Source: Chiloscyllium plagiosum
Taxonomy: Eukaryota
Direction: 5' to 3'
Assembly: GCF_004010195.1 (NCBI RefSeq)
Contig: NC_057718.1
Coordinates: 96,316,686-96,380,685 of the forward strand
DNA: 64,000 nucleotides
Below, piece after piece: positions 13,033 to 26,385 of the stretch (position 1 is its first letter; each line of letters opens with the position of its first letter). The notes under the pieces were generated by a model. That model was not told the DNA's origin and ran no database searches. It saw only the letters and a program-made list of their open reading frames with translations. Position numbers and translations under genes: made by a program.

Positions 13033-13574
13033 NNNNNNNNNNNNNNNNNNNNNNNNNNNNNNNNNNNNNNNNNNNNNNNNNNNNNNNNNNNNNNNNNNNN
13101 NNNNNNNNNNNNNNNNNNNNNNNNNNNNNNNNNNNNNNNNNNNNNNNNNNNNNNNNNNNNNNNNNNNNNNNNNNNNNNNNNNNNNNNNNNNNNNNNNNNN
13201 NNNNNNNNNNNNNNNNNNNNNNNNNNNNNNNNNNNNNNNNNNNNNNNNNNNNNNNNNNNNNNNNNNNNNNNNNNNNNNNNNNNNNNNNNNNNNNNNNNNN
13301 NNNNNNNNNNNNNNNNNNNNNNNNNNNNNNNNNNNNNNNNNNNNNNNNNNNNNNNNNNNNNNNNNNNNNNNNNNNNNNNNNNNNNNNNNNNNNNNNNNNN
13401 NNNNNNNNNNNNNNNNNNNNNNNNNNNNNNNNNNNNNNNNNNNNNNNNNNNNNNNNNNNNNNNNNNNNNNNNNNNNNNNNNNNNNNNNNNNNNNNNNNNN
13501 NNNNNNNNNNNNNNNNNNNNNNNNNNNNNNNNAAAGGTACTTAATTGGCTGTAGAGTGCATTAAGTTAGAGACA

Positions 13575-13702
13575 AAAAGAATCACTGCTGATGCTGGAAT
13601 CCAAGGTAGACAAGTAGGAGGCTGGAAGAACACAGCGGGCCAGGCAGCATCAGGAGGTGGAGAACTGTCACTCCTCCTGAAGGAGGGTTACACCCATAAA
13701 GC
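13575..13702 (-). mobile_element. Penelope-like terminal-repeat fragment (family of 61849-62065)
   Basis: GATGCTGGAATCCAAGGTAGAC..GCAGCATCAGGAGGTGGAGAA then CTGAAGGAGGGTTACACCC. Confidence 0.65.
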
Positions 13703-14822
13703 ACATTGAGACATCTAACGTTTGTGAAAGATTTTATACAAATGTAAATGTTTATTTGTATGTTTAATTCATTCATATGATCTTTTTGGCTGACAGACAA
13801 TCTATAATATGATCATATCTATAATTAAATGTCTAAAATGTAATATAATCATGGCTATAATCATATCTAATTTAAAAAAAAATGGAATGGATTTTCTGAA
13901 TCAGGGAATATAATAGTGAATGGAAGTGTTCAAAATTATTAAAGAAATAGAAAAAGTTTCCATTGGTGGGAGTCAGGTTATTGCCTGATTTTGTACTTTT
14001 CAAGTCTTTAACTTTGAATTATCAAGATATCCAGGGGGGCTGAAAGCTTTAGATTTAGCAACTGTTGAGAAAAATGAATTAAATTTCCTATTGTTGGTTG
14101 TCAAACCGATACTCAAGTGGGACTCACTCCAGCAACAACGATACAAATAAGACCATTGATTATTAGTCTTTCACTAATAATGAAAATGTGGGGAAGCTTT
14201 CTCTCACTAGTATCTTGACACATCAATCAAGATGTGGGTGGGCATCTCCTTCCATCTTCAAACCAGGTGAGGAGGGCTGAATCGGCTTCTTGCTTTTTAA
14301 CCCTCTTGGTTAGCCACAACAAAGACTTTTACTTCTCTTTAGTATGCAGCTATACCACAAAATATAAATCACTAGATCAACATTAAGGAGACGATTGCCA
14401 TGTTTAGTAAGTGTAAGAAAGCAAAAGGTAATAAACTGTGACATCAAATATACACACACAGGTATAAAGTTTAACATAAAATTGAAGGTTGAAAAAAATG
14501 CAGCTTAGAGAGACCTTAGATTCATTGCAGTATTAAAGTTTAACCTGTGAACATAATTGCTTAAAAGGTCTCATATCCTCAGCAGCAGTAAAAATTAGAG
14601 ATATCCTTCAGTATTTCATGAATGGATGTTTTCCAGTTTGCTTTATACTCTGTATCTCTTTTTTGAGAGGTTGAGGGAAACATGTACAAGAAGTGTAAGC
14701 CTTCTAGGTCTGTTGTTATCATCCATTATTTCTCTCTCCCCCAAACGTTGTTGCCTGAAATACAGTTCAATTGTGTATTCCAATATCTGGCCTCATTGTC
14801 TCCTCAACTGAATAATCTGCAC

Positions 14823-15822
14823 GTGGCCACAAGGATCGGTGCTGGGTCCTCTACCTTTTGTCATTTATATTAATGATTTGGATGTGAGCTTAAGAGGTAT
14901 AGTTAATAAGTTGCAGATGACACCAAAATTGGAGGTGTAGTGGACAGCGAAGAAGGTTACCTCAGATTACAACGGGATCTTGATCAGATGGGCCAATGGG
15001 CTGAGGCGTGGCAGATGGAGTTTAATTTAGATAAATGCAGGTGTTACATTTTGGGAAAGCAAATTTTACACACTGAATGGTAAGGCCCTGGGGACTGTTG
15101 CTGAACAAAGAGACCTTGGAGTGCAGGTTCATAGCTCCTTGAAAGTGGAGTCGCAGATAGATAGGATAGTGAAGAAGGCGTTTGGTATGCTTTCCATTTT
15201 TGGTCAGAGTATTGAGTACAGGAGTTGGGAGGTCATGTTGCAGCTGTACAGGACATTCGTTAGGCCACCTTTGGAATATTGCGTGCAATTCGGTTCTCCT
15301 TCCTATTGGAAAGATGTTGTAAAACTTGAAAGGGTTCAGAAAAGATTTACAAGGATGTTGCCAGGGTTGGAGAATTTGAGCTACAGGGAGAGGCTAAACA
15401 GGCTGGGGCTGTTTTCCATGAAGTGTCGGAGGCTGAGGGGTGACCTCATTGAGGTTTACAAAATCATGAGGGGAATGGATAGGGTAAATGGATAAAGTCT
15501 TTTCCCTGGGATGAGGAGTCTAGAACTAGAGGGTATAGTTTTAGAGTGAGAGGGGAAAGATATAAATGGGACCTGCGGGGGCAATGTTTTCACGCAGATG
15601 GTGGTGCGTGTAGGGAATGAGCTGCCAGAGGAAGTGGTGGAGGCTAGTATGATTGCAACATCTAAAAGGTATCTGGATGGGTATATGAATAGGAAGGGTT
15701 TGGAGGGATGTGGGCTGGATGCTGGCAGGTGGCACTAGATTGGTTTGGGATATCTGGTCGGCATGGATGGGTTGGACCGAAGAGTCTCTTCCCATGCTGT
15801 ACATCCCTGTGACTCTATGACT
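14823..15822 (+). mobile_element. CR1/HER1-like LINE, 3' 1 kb of ORF2 (pseudogenised)
   Basis: PQGSVLGPL and ADDTKIGG RT motifs; ORF 15121-15495 LYRTFVRPPLEYCVQF..LRGDLIEVYKIM; GACTCTATGACT tail. Confidence 0.95.
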
Positions 15823-17321
15823 TTAAACTGAATTTGCAAATTTGCAGAAAGGTGTGAATCAAGCAGGAGGGATATAGTTGTGTTCCACTTTTTTTATAAT
15901 GATGTTAATTTTGGGTCAGATTGATTCCTGTTTATTGATAGTTTCTTGAGTTTGGCTCAACTTGATCAGATGACCACTGTAATAATCTTACATTTGTGCT
16001 TTTCCTTTATTATGTCATTTGGTGAAAAGTGTCAGGTAAAATTAGGCATTGGTGTATAAAAATTGATAGCTCATTTTTACCACTGAAATAACAGACAAAT
16101 GTTTAGCTCCAAAAATCGAAGGGATACTTGTTGCAAAAAAAAAATCAACCAACCAATGTGTCCCACCATGGTGGAAATAAGTCCACTTATATTTCAGAAG
16201 AAAGAAAAATCTTTTCCCAGCAATTTCAGTGAAATCTGTATGTGCATTTTCATGCATGAATTAATTGTGTATTTTCTACCCACAGAAGTGGTAAAAGTGA
16301 ATTCTCAGAAAGACTTAGCACTGACTAATACCTTTATAACTTTGTTTACTTAAGCTTTTGTGACATTTCAGTGACAAATTAGAAAACAGAACTTGCTCTT
16401 TTCAATCATTTGTGAAAGTGGAGTTCTGAGGATCATTTACATAATTTCTGATGCTGTTTCTTCTGGTAATGAACATGGGGTTTGAACTATTGGTATAAGT
16501 GAGCTATCGCCCCAGGTAAAGATTACAAAATTGATTTGACATCTGAAAGATTAATAGCACCAGCCAGTATGCAATAAGTCAAGAGTGTTAGCTCAAATGC
16601 CATAAAACAATGGCAGTACATAAACTACTAATGTTCTGAAGTTGAATTGTCTGACAGGACTGCTTGTATCCTTGGCCCCGCTTCAGTTACGATATTTCTT
16701 CCAAATGTTACTACTATTCCTTTCGGCTCCAGATTGCATAAACTTTTGACACCTCACTCCAAGTTCCACATGTTCCTTCCCTTTCACATATCCTCTCCAT
16801 ATCAGGTTTCTATTCCCAGCCTGATATCTTTGTGCTTGTTAGGAGACACCTCTGACCCTCAACTAAATCAAACATCACTTCCCGACACTCAAACATTTAT
16901 TTTAATAGCTGCGATTTTTGCCGGTGAAAGATTATTTTGACTAATAGAAAATAGGGAAAGTCACCTCTGCATTCCCAGTGGAAGGAACACTCGACACTTG
17001 AATAGTTGGGTTCACTGATGACTTCTGCATGATTTTAAAAACTAATAGTGGCCTTTTATTTTACAAACACTTCCACAGCCTAAAGCTTGAATTTACAATG
17101 ATTGAAATTTTTTAAAAAAGTCATATGTAAACTAATCACAACAATCATGTGGTAACAAAGAATAAGCAAATACAACAGGTAACAGGGTGGGTGGGATATT
17201 AAAGGAAGAGGAATGTTGAATTAAAATTATATAGAATTACAAACCAATGTATCATCCCTACAGTACAGACACTGGAGTAATATAAATACATTTTGTCAAC
17301 TGTATACTCCATTGAGGTTAG

Positions 17322-17450
17322 CCCTGATGAAGGGGTCCTGCCCAAAACATCGATTTTCCTGCTTCTCGGATGCTGCCTGACCTGTTGTGCTTTTCCAACA
17401 CCACTCTAATCTTGACTCTGAACTCCAGCATCTGCCGTCCTCACTTCCGC
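17322..17450 (+). mobile_element. Penelope-like terminal-repeat fragment beginning at the hammerhead box
   Basis: CCTGATGAAGGGGTCCTGCCCAAAACATCG..CCAGCATCTGC. Confidence 0.75.
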
Positions 17451-17652
17451 CTGGCTGGTTCTCCATGTAGAGTGATGCCAACAGCATGGATTTAATTCCC
17501 ACACAGGCTGAGGTTACCATGAAGGAATCTCCTTTTCAACTTCTTCCCTCGCCTGAGGCGTAGTGACCCTCAGGTTAAACCACCACCAGTCATCTCTCTC
17601 TCTCGAACAATTGAGCAGCTCTGTGGTCATTAGGACCATGGTGATTTTATCT
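17451..17652 (+). mobile_element. tRNA-derived SINE (third family; also ~39280-39492 minus)
   Basis: B-box-like GATTTAATTCC; GGCTGAGGT..CCTCAGGTTAAACCACCACCAGTC shared with revcomp of 39280-39492. Confidence 0.6.
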
Positions 17653-17904
17653 TTTGAGGATTATAACCATTGGATGAACAGGATTACATCAGTACCTACA
17701 TCCTTTGGATGTTCTTCAAATTTAGATGGATCTTTCTGGAATAACAGACTCTTCGGTCCAATCTCCATGCTGTACATCACCTCGACTCTATGACTCGAAT
17801 TAAATCCTATTACCATTAACCTACAACCTATAATTCTATTTTAATAGACATATTACAGAAATATGAAGACATTGTTTGCATTTCAAATCTGCTAAAGCTG
17901 TCAT

Positions 17905-18115
17905 CATCAGAGAAAACAGAAAAGATTGGAGAAACTCAGCGGGTCAGGCAACATCTGTGGTGAGAGAAACAGAGCCCAGAGCAAATGGAGTCCATAGAAT
18001 GATTATGCTAGGCTCAAAATGCTCACCCGGTTTTTCTCTCCAAAGACCTGCTGTGTTTTTCCAGTGTTCTCTGTGTTTGTTTCAGATTTACAGCATCTGC
18101 ACTATTTTGCTTTTA
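17905..18115. mobile_element. Old fold-back Penelope-like terminal mini-element
   Basis: GGAGAAACTCAGCGGGTCAGGC arm vs GACCTGCTGTGTTTTTCCAG arm; ATCATCAG at both flanks. Confidence 0.6.
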
Positions 18116-18299
18116 TCATCAGGGAGCATTTTGCTAAACAAAGAACTGGTGAAACTCTATTCCACCAAAAAAAACGCCATGGGGTCACACTAATTGAAAT
18201 TTTCAAAACCGAAATCAATAAGTGCTTGATAGTTAAGACTATTAAAGGGTATAGACCAAGGTCAGGAAAGTTATGTTAAGGTAGAACAGCTACGATTTC

Positions 18300-18620
18300 G
18301 GGTTAGCAGTGCTGACTCACGGTGCCAGGGACCCAGGTTTGATTCCAGCCTCGGGCGACTGCCTGTGTGGAGTTTGCACATTCTCCCCGTGACTGCGTGG
18401 GTTTCCTCCGAGTGCTCCGGTTTCCTCCCACAGTCCAAAGACGTGTAGGTGAATTGGCCATGGGAAGTTGCCAGTAGTGTTCAGGGATATGTAGGTTAGG
18501 TGCATTTGTCAGGGTAAATGTAGAGGAGAGGGGATGGGGTGGTTGCTCTTCAGAGGGTCGGTATGGACTTGTTAGGCCGAAGGGCCTGTTTCTATACTGT
18601 AGGGATTCTATACTTCTATA
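18300..18620 (+). mobile_element. HE1-like SINE
   Basis: GGTTAGCAGTGCTGACTCAC..GGAGTTTGCACATTCTCCCC..CTGTAGGGATTCTAT. Confidence 0.9.
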
Positions 18621-19864
18621 TTGATTGAATGCCAGAGTAGGAGCCAGGGACTGTATGGCTCTTCATTCTAATGTTCTTGTAAAGTACGTATGTTCTATTT
18701 GAATGTTGAATGGTCTAGTTCAGCTCCTATTGTTATTGTTGTCATCCGAAACACTTACCTGAATTTTGAGAATCTTTCCTGAAGCATTCAACAGGTAAAA
18801 TTGCAAATTGTTTAAATTGCCCTATAGGACATAATAGAGATCTAGAAAGGGCATTTTCAGTACATTGCTACTCTTTCCATTGAAATTTTTCCTTAGTACC
18901 TTATTTAATACTCGTGAATCTGACAGTCATATATTCACTTCTCTGTTACCCCTTTATTGTTATTCTTTGCTAAGTAAGTGGCTGTTCTTCAAACAAATGG
19001 GTGGTGATTGTGAACCTGAGAATTTCTGATGTCATTAAGAAAAGAGACATGGTGCTGAAGATATTCACTTTGCATCATCAGGACACATGCAAGAATACCT
19101 CGTTCCAAACAACCACGATAATTTATACCACAGAAGACCAAGGAACAGTAAGTCAACTCTGTTTCGTACTCACTTACCCTCACTAGAAATGACGTATGAC
19201 AGGGACCCGTTCTCTGCAAACAAATGGAACTTGTTCAAGCCTTGGGCCTTTTAAAAATTCTCAGTGCAATTGAGAGCCTAACATTCCTCATCATTTCCTC
19301 CACGGCTTTGACTAATTTACCAAGCAATCAGAATCTTGTATAGTTAGGCTCCACGAGCACTGATAGCCAGGCCTGTCCCTACGGTACGGTGAATCAAGAG
19401 GAACCACCCGGGGGACCCACACTTTGGTAGCGGAGGCTGGGGGAGCAGGGGAGGGGAGATGGTGCTGTTTCGGACTATAACTATTGAACTTCATGATAAT
19501 TGTATCGAAGTAAAGGGGAATATCTAAGAGAAGGTGAATGGTAATTGCAACAATTCTAAACCTGTAGACTTGGGGGTCTTCATTCTGTGGGCTGGATGAT
19601 AAAACTGGAGAGCCATGAAGTGAGGGGGGGGCCACACAGTATGCCCCAGGCTGTACCCCCCACCTAGGGGAAACTCTGCTGGTTGCTTGTTGCAAATTTG
19701 TCTATTTGTATCTGCAAACTTTGTAGATTAATATTTCTGATTTATTCAAGTATGGAAATTAATTCAGAGTTTATTAATCCTCAAGGGTCTCTATAATAAG
19801 GAGAGGGGTAACAGTCGTTTGACATAACATTCACGGCAAACATATCCTGCTTCTAATCCATTCA

Positions 19865-20108
19865 CTGTTGAAGCAGGCCATTTGGTCCATCGAGTCCACA
19901 CTACCCCTCCAGAGAGCACTTTAGTCAGATCTACTCTGCTACCCCTGCATTTCCCATGGCCAATCCACCTAGCCTACACAACTTTAGATTGTGAAAGGAA
20001 ATCCATGCAGACACAGGGAAAACATATAACTCCACACAGATGGTCACTTAAAAGCGAGAATCATCCCAGGTCCCTGGCGCTGTAACGTCTGAGACACCGT
20101 GCCATCCT
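19865..20108 (-). mobile_element. HE1-like SINE (diverged)
   Basis: Similarity to other copies (CCCATGGCCAATCCACCTA, CTCCACACAGA, CCCTGGCGCTGT). Confidence 0.75.
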
Positions 20109-20814
20109 GTGGGTGATGGACAATTCTTCCAATCCAACCTCTGCCACAATTAACAACAAAAATAAAACAAACTGCAGATGCTGGGAATCAGAATCAGAAA
20201 TTGTTGGGAAAAAAACCAGCAGATTTGGTAACATCTGTGGAGAGAAAGGAGAATTAACATTTTAGCTACAGTGACTCTATCATAGTGACGACCAATTCAG
20301 TGAGTCTTGCCCAGAAATCGGACAAAGTTTGGTTTTAAACTGGAGCATGTAATATTTCTCCTCATCAGATGAGTGCTCACCACATATTTTAAAATATTAT
20401 GAAGATTTGGGATTAAAGAATATGCAGAACTTTGATGAGTAATTCTTGCAGATGCACCGTTATAGACAACTGGTCAAAACCAGCAACTGATGCCATTCAC
20501 TCATCGATAAACAACTAATTTTGGGTTGGTTGTTGACAATGGATTAGGACTGGAATGTGGTCTTTGCAAGAAATTGAATCTCTTCCAAGTGTAGGAGTGG
20601 ACAGCTCTCCCTTTCCTGAATTATTAATCCTATCCTCGTGGCAATTACTGGTATTCATGAGTCACTTTCACACCCCCCAGAGGTTTTTTTTTAGCAGTCA
20701 TTTCATCTTGTGACAAGAAAATTCCCCTCTGACTGTCACTAGAAAACAATGTTGCAATTGAAGCTCTTGGTAGCAGAGGCTTTCCAATTTGTTGTGACTG
20801 TCATAAAGAACCAC

Positions 20815-21075
20815 CCAGCCTAATCACACTTTCTTTCAAGCGCTTGGTCACACAAAACCAGGTTAAGGGCACATCCAAATAGTTTTTTTAAATGCAAAGA
20901 GAATTGCTGCCCTCATTTTGAGGCACAGATTTCCAGACCCCATACTGCCCTCTGGCTGAAATTGACACCTCAACTCCCCTCTACTCCTTTCACCAATTAA
21001 TTTAAATCTGTGCCTCAAAGTCATTGACCCTTCTGCGGAGGGAATTTGATCCTTCCTATCCACTCTATTTAGGAA
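20815..21075 (-). mobile_element. Old CR1 3' fragment
   Basis: ORF SMTLRHRFKLIGERSRGELR, typical CR1 ORF2 C-terminus. Confidence 0.65.
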
Positions 21076-22044
21076 CGTGCATTCAGCTGAGGGTAGTATT
21101 CCAGTCTGACAGCCGTGACGGTGGGAGGAATTACTTTAAGACACTGTTGTACAGACTATGCCATCCTTATCAAAACGCGTAATGGGCAACTCTGCTGGCA
21201 ATAAAATTACAAGTATCCATTTGCTTGATACATCTGGAACTCCCTTAACATTACCCCAAGTATAGCAAAATGAAGCAAAGTCTGAAACCCATAAGTGTTG
21301 TCACTAGAATAAACATCCTACAAATGCTTACAGTCCTGTCAGTGCGAACATCCAAGTATTTTGCATCTCTGAGACTGAACTCTATTAAGTTAACATAATG
21401 GGCTCTCAGTGTAGTTATCTGCATCTTTTACAATGTTCTTGTTCGACATATTTTGTCGTTTTATTAATCCCTGCAAGTCATTTATTTCTGAGCTGTGTTT
21501 CTATCCATGAACATTAACTTGTCAGCTGAGTAACTTAAATTCCTATATAATGTCTGATCTTGGTCACAGCACATAAAACTAGGGAGGCATTTACAGCTCT
21601 GTCATGTGGCACACAGACAGCTCTCCCCAACCTCGTAAGGTAATTTAACGCAGCTGGTAACTGCACACAAATTAAAAAAGGTCAACAGAAAAGAATTGAA
21701 AAATAAATACAGGAACAAAGTCAAAATAGCCATTTGTTTCTTTAAAATCAGCCAACTTTTTGTGAGGAGAAATATTAAAAGTCCATTATCATCATATCCC
21801 ATTAAAAAGAATGAAGTACACCAAAAAAAGTCTTTATTTCCACTTGCTTTGTTGAGGCATTGAGATTGGATTTCCAGAAAATCATACTTAGTGTCATTTT
21901 AATTTAATCTGCATACCACTCAGGAGAAAGTTATTCGTATAAAGAGGGTTATACTTTAAGGACAGTGCAGGGACATTGCTCCCGTCGCCAATTATTGATT
22001 ACCCTTCAGTTGAAATATACTCTGCCTGATGATGGTTAGGTTTG

Positions 22045-22320
22045 GGTTGCATGGTGACTCAGTGGTTAGCCCTACTGTCTCCGAACGCCACGGATCCAGG
22101 TCGAAATCCACCCTTGTGTCTGTGTGAGGTTTACATATTCTCCCCATGTCTGTGTGGATTTCCTCCCATAATCCAAGGATAGGCCGGTCAGGTGGATTGG
22201 CTAAATTGCCCTTAGTGTCCAGGGATGTGTTAGTCATGGGAAATGGTGGGTTACAGGGATGGTCAGTGTGGATTGATGGGCTGAATGGCCTGCTTCCACA
22301 CTATCGTGATCCTATATAGT
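22045..22320 (+). mobile_element. HE1-like SINE
   Basis: CATGGTGACTCAGTGGTTAGC head; GGCCTGCTTCCACACTAT tail. Confidence 0.85.
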
Positions 22321-22837
22321 ATGATATGCCTGATCTTACACCAGACATTTTTTTAGTTTTTATAGTTTCGTGCAAAGTGTAATTTGTAGGAATAAATTGT
22401 AGGAATTATAAATAATAGGCATTTATTCCTATAAGTTCCCTGCTTTGTCCCAGTTACTCTTTCTGCCAGTTAGCTAGCCTATTCTAAGTGTACGTGCTAT
22501 TTGTCACTAGCTGTTATGACACACGTACCTACATGATAAACAAAAGTATCCATTCGCACAGAGTTGAAAGGCAGTATTTAACACATATTTGTAAATATTT
22601 CTTGGTGAAAAGCTTCTATTTTACTCTTGACTAGGAGTACACAAGAAGCTGATTCAACATCCGCGCGGTGTTCAGATGAAGTGGTGAGGTTTCAGCAGCT
22701 TTCCTACTTTCCTGTTTACTCAATACAGAGTGGTCTGCCCTTAAAACACTTTAAACTCTGCCCATCACTTGCATACAGTTTAAACAGCGTTAGGATCGTC
22801 AACTTGTGGCATGATGTTATCTAAGCCAACAAACCGA

Positions 22838-23576
22838 AATAAAAAGCAGTTAGCATCCTATTGGTCTCCAACATACAAAGAAATACAATGTAAAGGAAGT
22901 AAGATGGTTTACTCTTAACTCCTTCTCTCTCAGTCTTTCCCAAGTGTACTTCAGATGCATATTGACAGAAACTTATCTGGAATCTCTCACACATGGTTTT
23001 TATCTTATCTTTCTTGTACAATAACCAAAGACTGCATTTACATAGCTCCTTTAACATAGCAAAGTCTCCAAAGTTGCCTTGCAGGAGCATTGGAAAGCAA
23101 AGTGTAATTTCAGCTCCCATTAGGCACATATTACAGCACATGACCAACAGCCTGGTCGAAGGACAGTTGTGACAGAGAAAAGGGAGGCAGAGATGTTAGG
23201 GGATGAATCTGATATTTCAAGTGGTGGAAGACATAGTTACCAATAACAGAGTGAGTGAAAGTGAGATGTTAAAGATGTAAGAACTAAAGGGACACAGATA
23301 TGTGGAGGAGCAAATTACTGCAGATGCTGGAATGTGTATCGAAAAGAAACAATGTTGGAGATAACAACGGGTCAGGCAGCATCTGCGGAGAGAGAGCAAG
23401 CCAATCTTTCGAGACTAGATAAGACTAGAGATTCCAGATAAGTTTCTGTCAATATGCATCTGAAGTACACTTGGGAAAGACTGAGAGAGAAGGAGTCAAG
23501 AGTAAACCATCTTACTTCCTTTACATTGTATTTCTTTGTATATTGGAGACCAATAGGATGCTAACTGCTTTTTATT
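22838..23576. repeat. 150-bp inverted duplication (22838-22987 vs 23427-23576)
   Basis: Direct comparison shows 2 mismatches; the same peptide appears in ORFs 22821-23147(-) and 23471-23716(+). Confidence 0.95.
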
Positions 23577-24310
23577 GTGACTCTAACTGCCACACGGGAA
23601 AGGGCAGACAGTCCCACTGGGGTGGGGGGGGGGGGCGCAGAGAGGACATGGTGACAGAGAATGTAACAAGAAAAGCTAAAAGAAAGGGAAGGAATGGTAG
23701 TGGGCTTACAATCTGACGGATACCTTGGAGCCTTGTAGAATTGAAGGAGACAACCAAAACAAAGAGGGAAGGCAGGAGATTACAGCAACAGGGAGGAAGG
23801 AAACTGTGAAGACTCTGGAAAGCAGGACCAGAACTTTAAAGTCGGTCATCAACAGCTGTGAGCCAAATGCGAGTACAAGACTTGGTGAGAGTTTTTGGGT
23901 GACTGCACAGCTGTGGGAGGTCAGTCAGGAGTGTATCAGCATTGTCCAGCCTGAAACCCTCACCCATGCCTTTGTTACCAGGGGTAACGAAGGCATGGCT
24001 GAGGGTTTCAGAGTGGACGAACTGGGGCAGAGCAGTATTACAAAGGTAGAAGGCTGGTGTTAATGGTAGTCTGGCTATCAAGCTCAGCTCAAGGTTCAAT
24101 GCATCATTAAGGTTGCAAACTACCTAAGACTACCAGACTGATCAAGGCCAGGGAGAAGGATGGAGTTAGTAGCTGGGAATAGAGTTTGTACTGGGGACTG
24201 GAGACAATGGCTTTGACATTCCCAATATTTAGTTGGAGGAGATCAGCCAGTGCTGATGTTAAGCAAACAGCATAACAATTGAAAACAGGGGAGGAGTTAA
24301 GAGAGCTTGT
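23010..24310 (-). mobile_element. Old L2-like LINE 3' fragment interrupted by a Penelope-like terminal repeat (~23310-23735)
   Basis: TGCATTTACATAGCTCCTTTAAC L2-type end; degenerate body; PLE segment matches revcomp of 3942-4275. Confidence 0.55.
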
Positions 24311-24551
24311 GGTGGACTGTTGTTTTGTTGTCTATAACATTCAGTTAGCTTTGAAATTGCAATCCATAGTTTGTGCTCTGTGTTAAGTTATCTCTCATTG
24401 TAGCTTTTAGTATTACTCAGACATTCAGGATTACTCAGTAATTCAGTGGAATATATATGTACATGTCATCTGAGTCATGACTGCAAAGTTGTGCTGTCTG
24501 CTAAACAAGCTTTAGTTTCCGTGTAGCTAGCCTGTCTAAACATCACGAACA

Positions 24552-24885
24552 CCATAGAATCCCGACAGTGCAGATACAGGCGATTTGGCTCATCAAGTCT
24601 ACGCCAACCCTCCAAACGATATCCCACCCAATCCCCTTTACTCTTCATTTATAATGGGTACCCATCTAGCTTACACAGTCCTGGACACAACGGGGCAATT
24701 TAGCATGGCCAAACCACCTAACTGCACATCTTTGTACTGTGGGAAGAAACCGGAGCCCCTGGGGGAAATCTATGCATACACAAGGAGAATGTGCAAACTC
24801 CACACAGGCAGTCACCCAAGGCTGGAATCAAACTGGGTCTCTGGCGCTGTGAGGCAGCAGCGCTAACCACTGAACCACCATACCC
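24552..24885 (-). mobile_element. HE1-like SINE
   Basis: GGAGAATGTGCAAACTCCACACAG..GCTAACCACTGA. Confidence 0.9.
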
Positions 24886-26216
24886 TCCTAACGAGCTCCA
24901 GAATAAAAGAAGGTGTCAATTACGCACTCTATCAAATCTTTCAGGCCACACTTGCCCTTTCATGTTTGTGTAAATATTAATTTGGGTTAATTGTTCTCAT
25001 CCTAGAAACATACAAACTGAATTCCATGTGTCTGCATACAATACGATGTGTCTTCTGAAGATCATTCTCATGTATCCTAATAACTGAAGCATAAAATGAT
25101 GTAGGTTAGACAGAGGAAACTCTTTGTCTGGATGTTGTAGTGTAAATTAACATTTATAGAGTCATGAAAGGGTTAATATCGGAGATTACATTAAGCTCTG
25201 CCCAGACTGATGATGTCATACAGTTTTGGACAGGGAAAAGAGGAGTCTAGCTCAAGATTCATGGAAACGGATGTATCAGCCCTGGCTCCTGATATTGTTA
25301 GTTATTATGTTTAACTAATATAACAAATATATATTGCCATCATGCAATAAACTACCTTTTCAAGACAATTCCCCCTTCTTGTCAAGACTCACTGCTGGGT
25401 TTTGTTTCCTCTATTCACCAAACGGACCCAGTATTGAAAAATGAAATGGTGGCTGTACCCACCCCAATCTGGTTCCGTAGGATACCGAAGAGACATTGTC
25501 TTGCATCAATCTTTACCTTCAGTCAGCTATCACCTTTTTGGCAGTGTCCTGTGGGTATACACTGCACATATCATCAAGCGCACAGAGTCACAATCCAGGC
25601 ATTACACAGTTTGCCAAAATAGCTTTGTGGGTGGCTGAATTTGAACTATGATTTTTATTAATTCACTCAGAGTTAACTTTCAATATCTGTACTCTGAAAT
25701 ACATCAAAATATTAGATGATTGAATCAAAATTTAATTTGAGCTCTTCTTTTAAGTTGCTGGAATGTCACTTAGTGGGTGTCTTATCTTTTAGTAGGTTTG
25801 AACAGTGAGCTCTTTTGCAATGAACTTGATACAGTTATCGGTATCTCTTAATCCCATTTGAGCTGTAATCATGTTACAGTCTGTATTGAGTTGCATCATT
25901 GAAGTAGACCTCAACTTCTTAAGAAATTGAAAAACATGTCCTAATCTCTGAATTCAATTAGTGATCTCAACAAACTTAAGAAACTACTGAGGAATATCAA
26001 CGAGAGACAATGTTCTTAGATTTTCTTTCCACATTTATGCTCTCAGTGTGAAAGAAAATAATTATCAATGCAATAACACTGAAACATTTACATGGAATTT
26101 CTGAACTTTATTTTGAACAAAGTGGAAATTGAGGACAATTTTAATTATATCATTGCTGAATAGAAGCCATTACAGCAAGACAAAAATTGCCAAGGAGTCT
26201 GTGTGCTGATTTATTG

Positions 26217-26364
26217 TCATCGCCATCCTGCCTTGAGATTTCTTTCCTTGAATAATACTTTCCCCTCTGACGTTCTGCGCTTACTTGTTTTCGCATTCAG
26301 TGATGACTTCGCAATCTCACTCAATTTTTTTTCTGAAGGACCCATGGCTACATGCGAATCTAAA
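26217..26364 (-). CDS. Candidate terminal exon, unidentified
   Basis: cacag|; open LDSHVAMGPSEKKLSEIAKSSLNAKTSKRRTSEGKVLFKERNLKAGWR*; AATAAA just after the stop; phase-compatible with 43300-43448; weak acceptor. Confidence 0.2.
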
Positions 26365-26385
26365 CTGTGTGTAATTACAGGTTAA

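Noticed and set aside
19312..19695. 127-aa ORF, considered as a viral or retroviral remnant
   Set aside because: No identifiable motif in the frames I translated.
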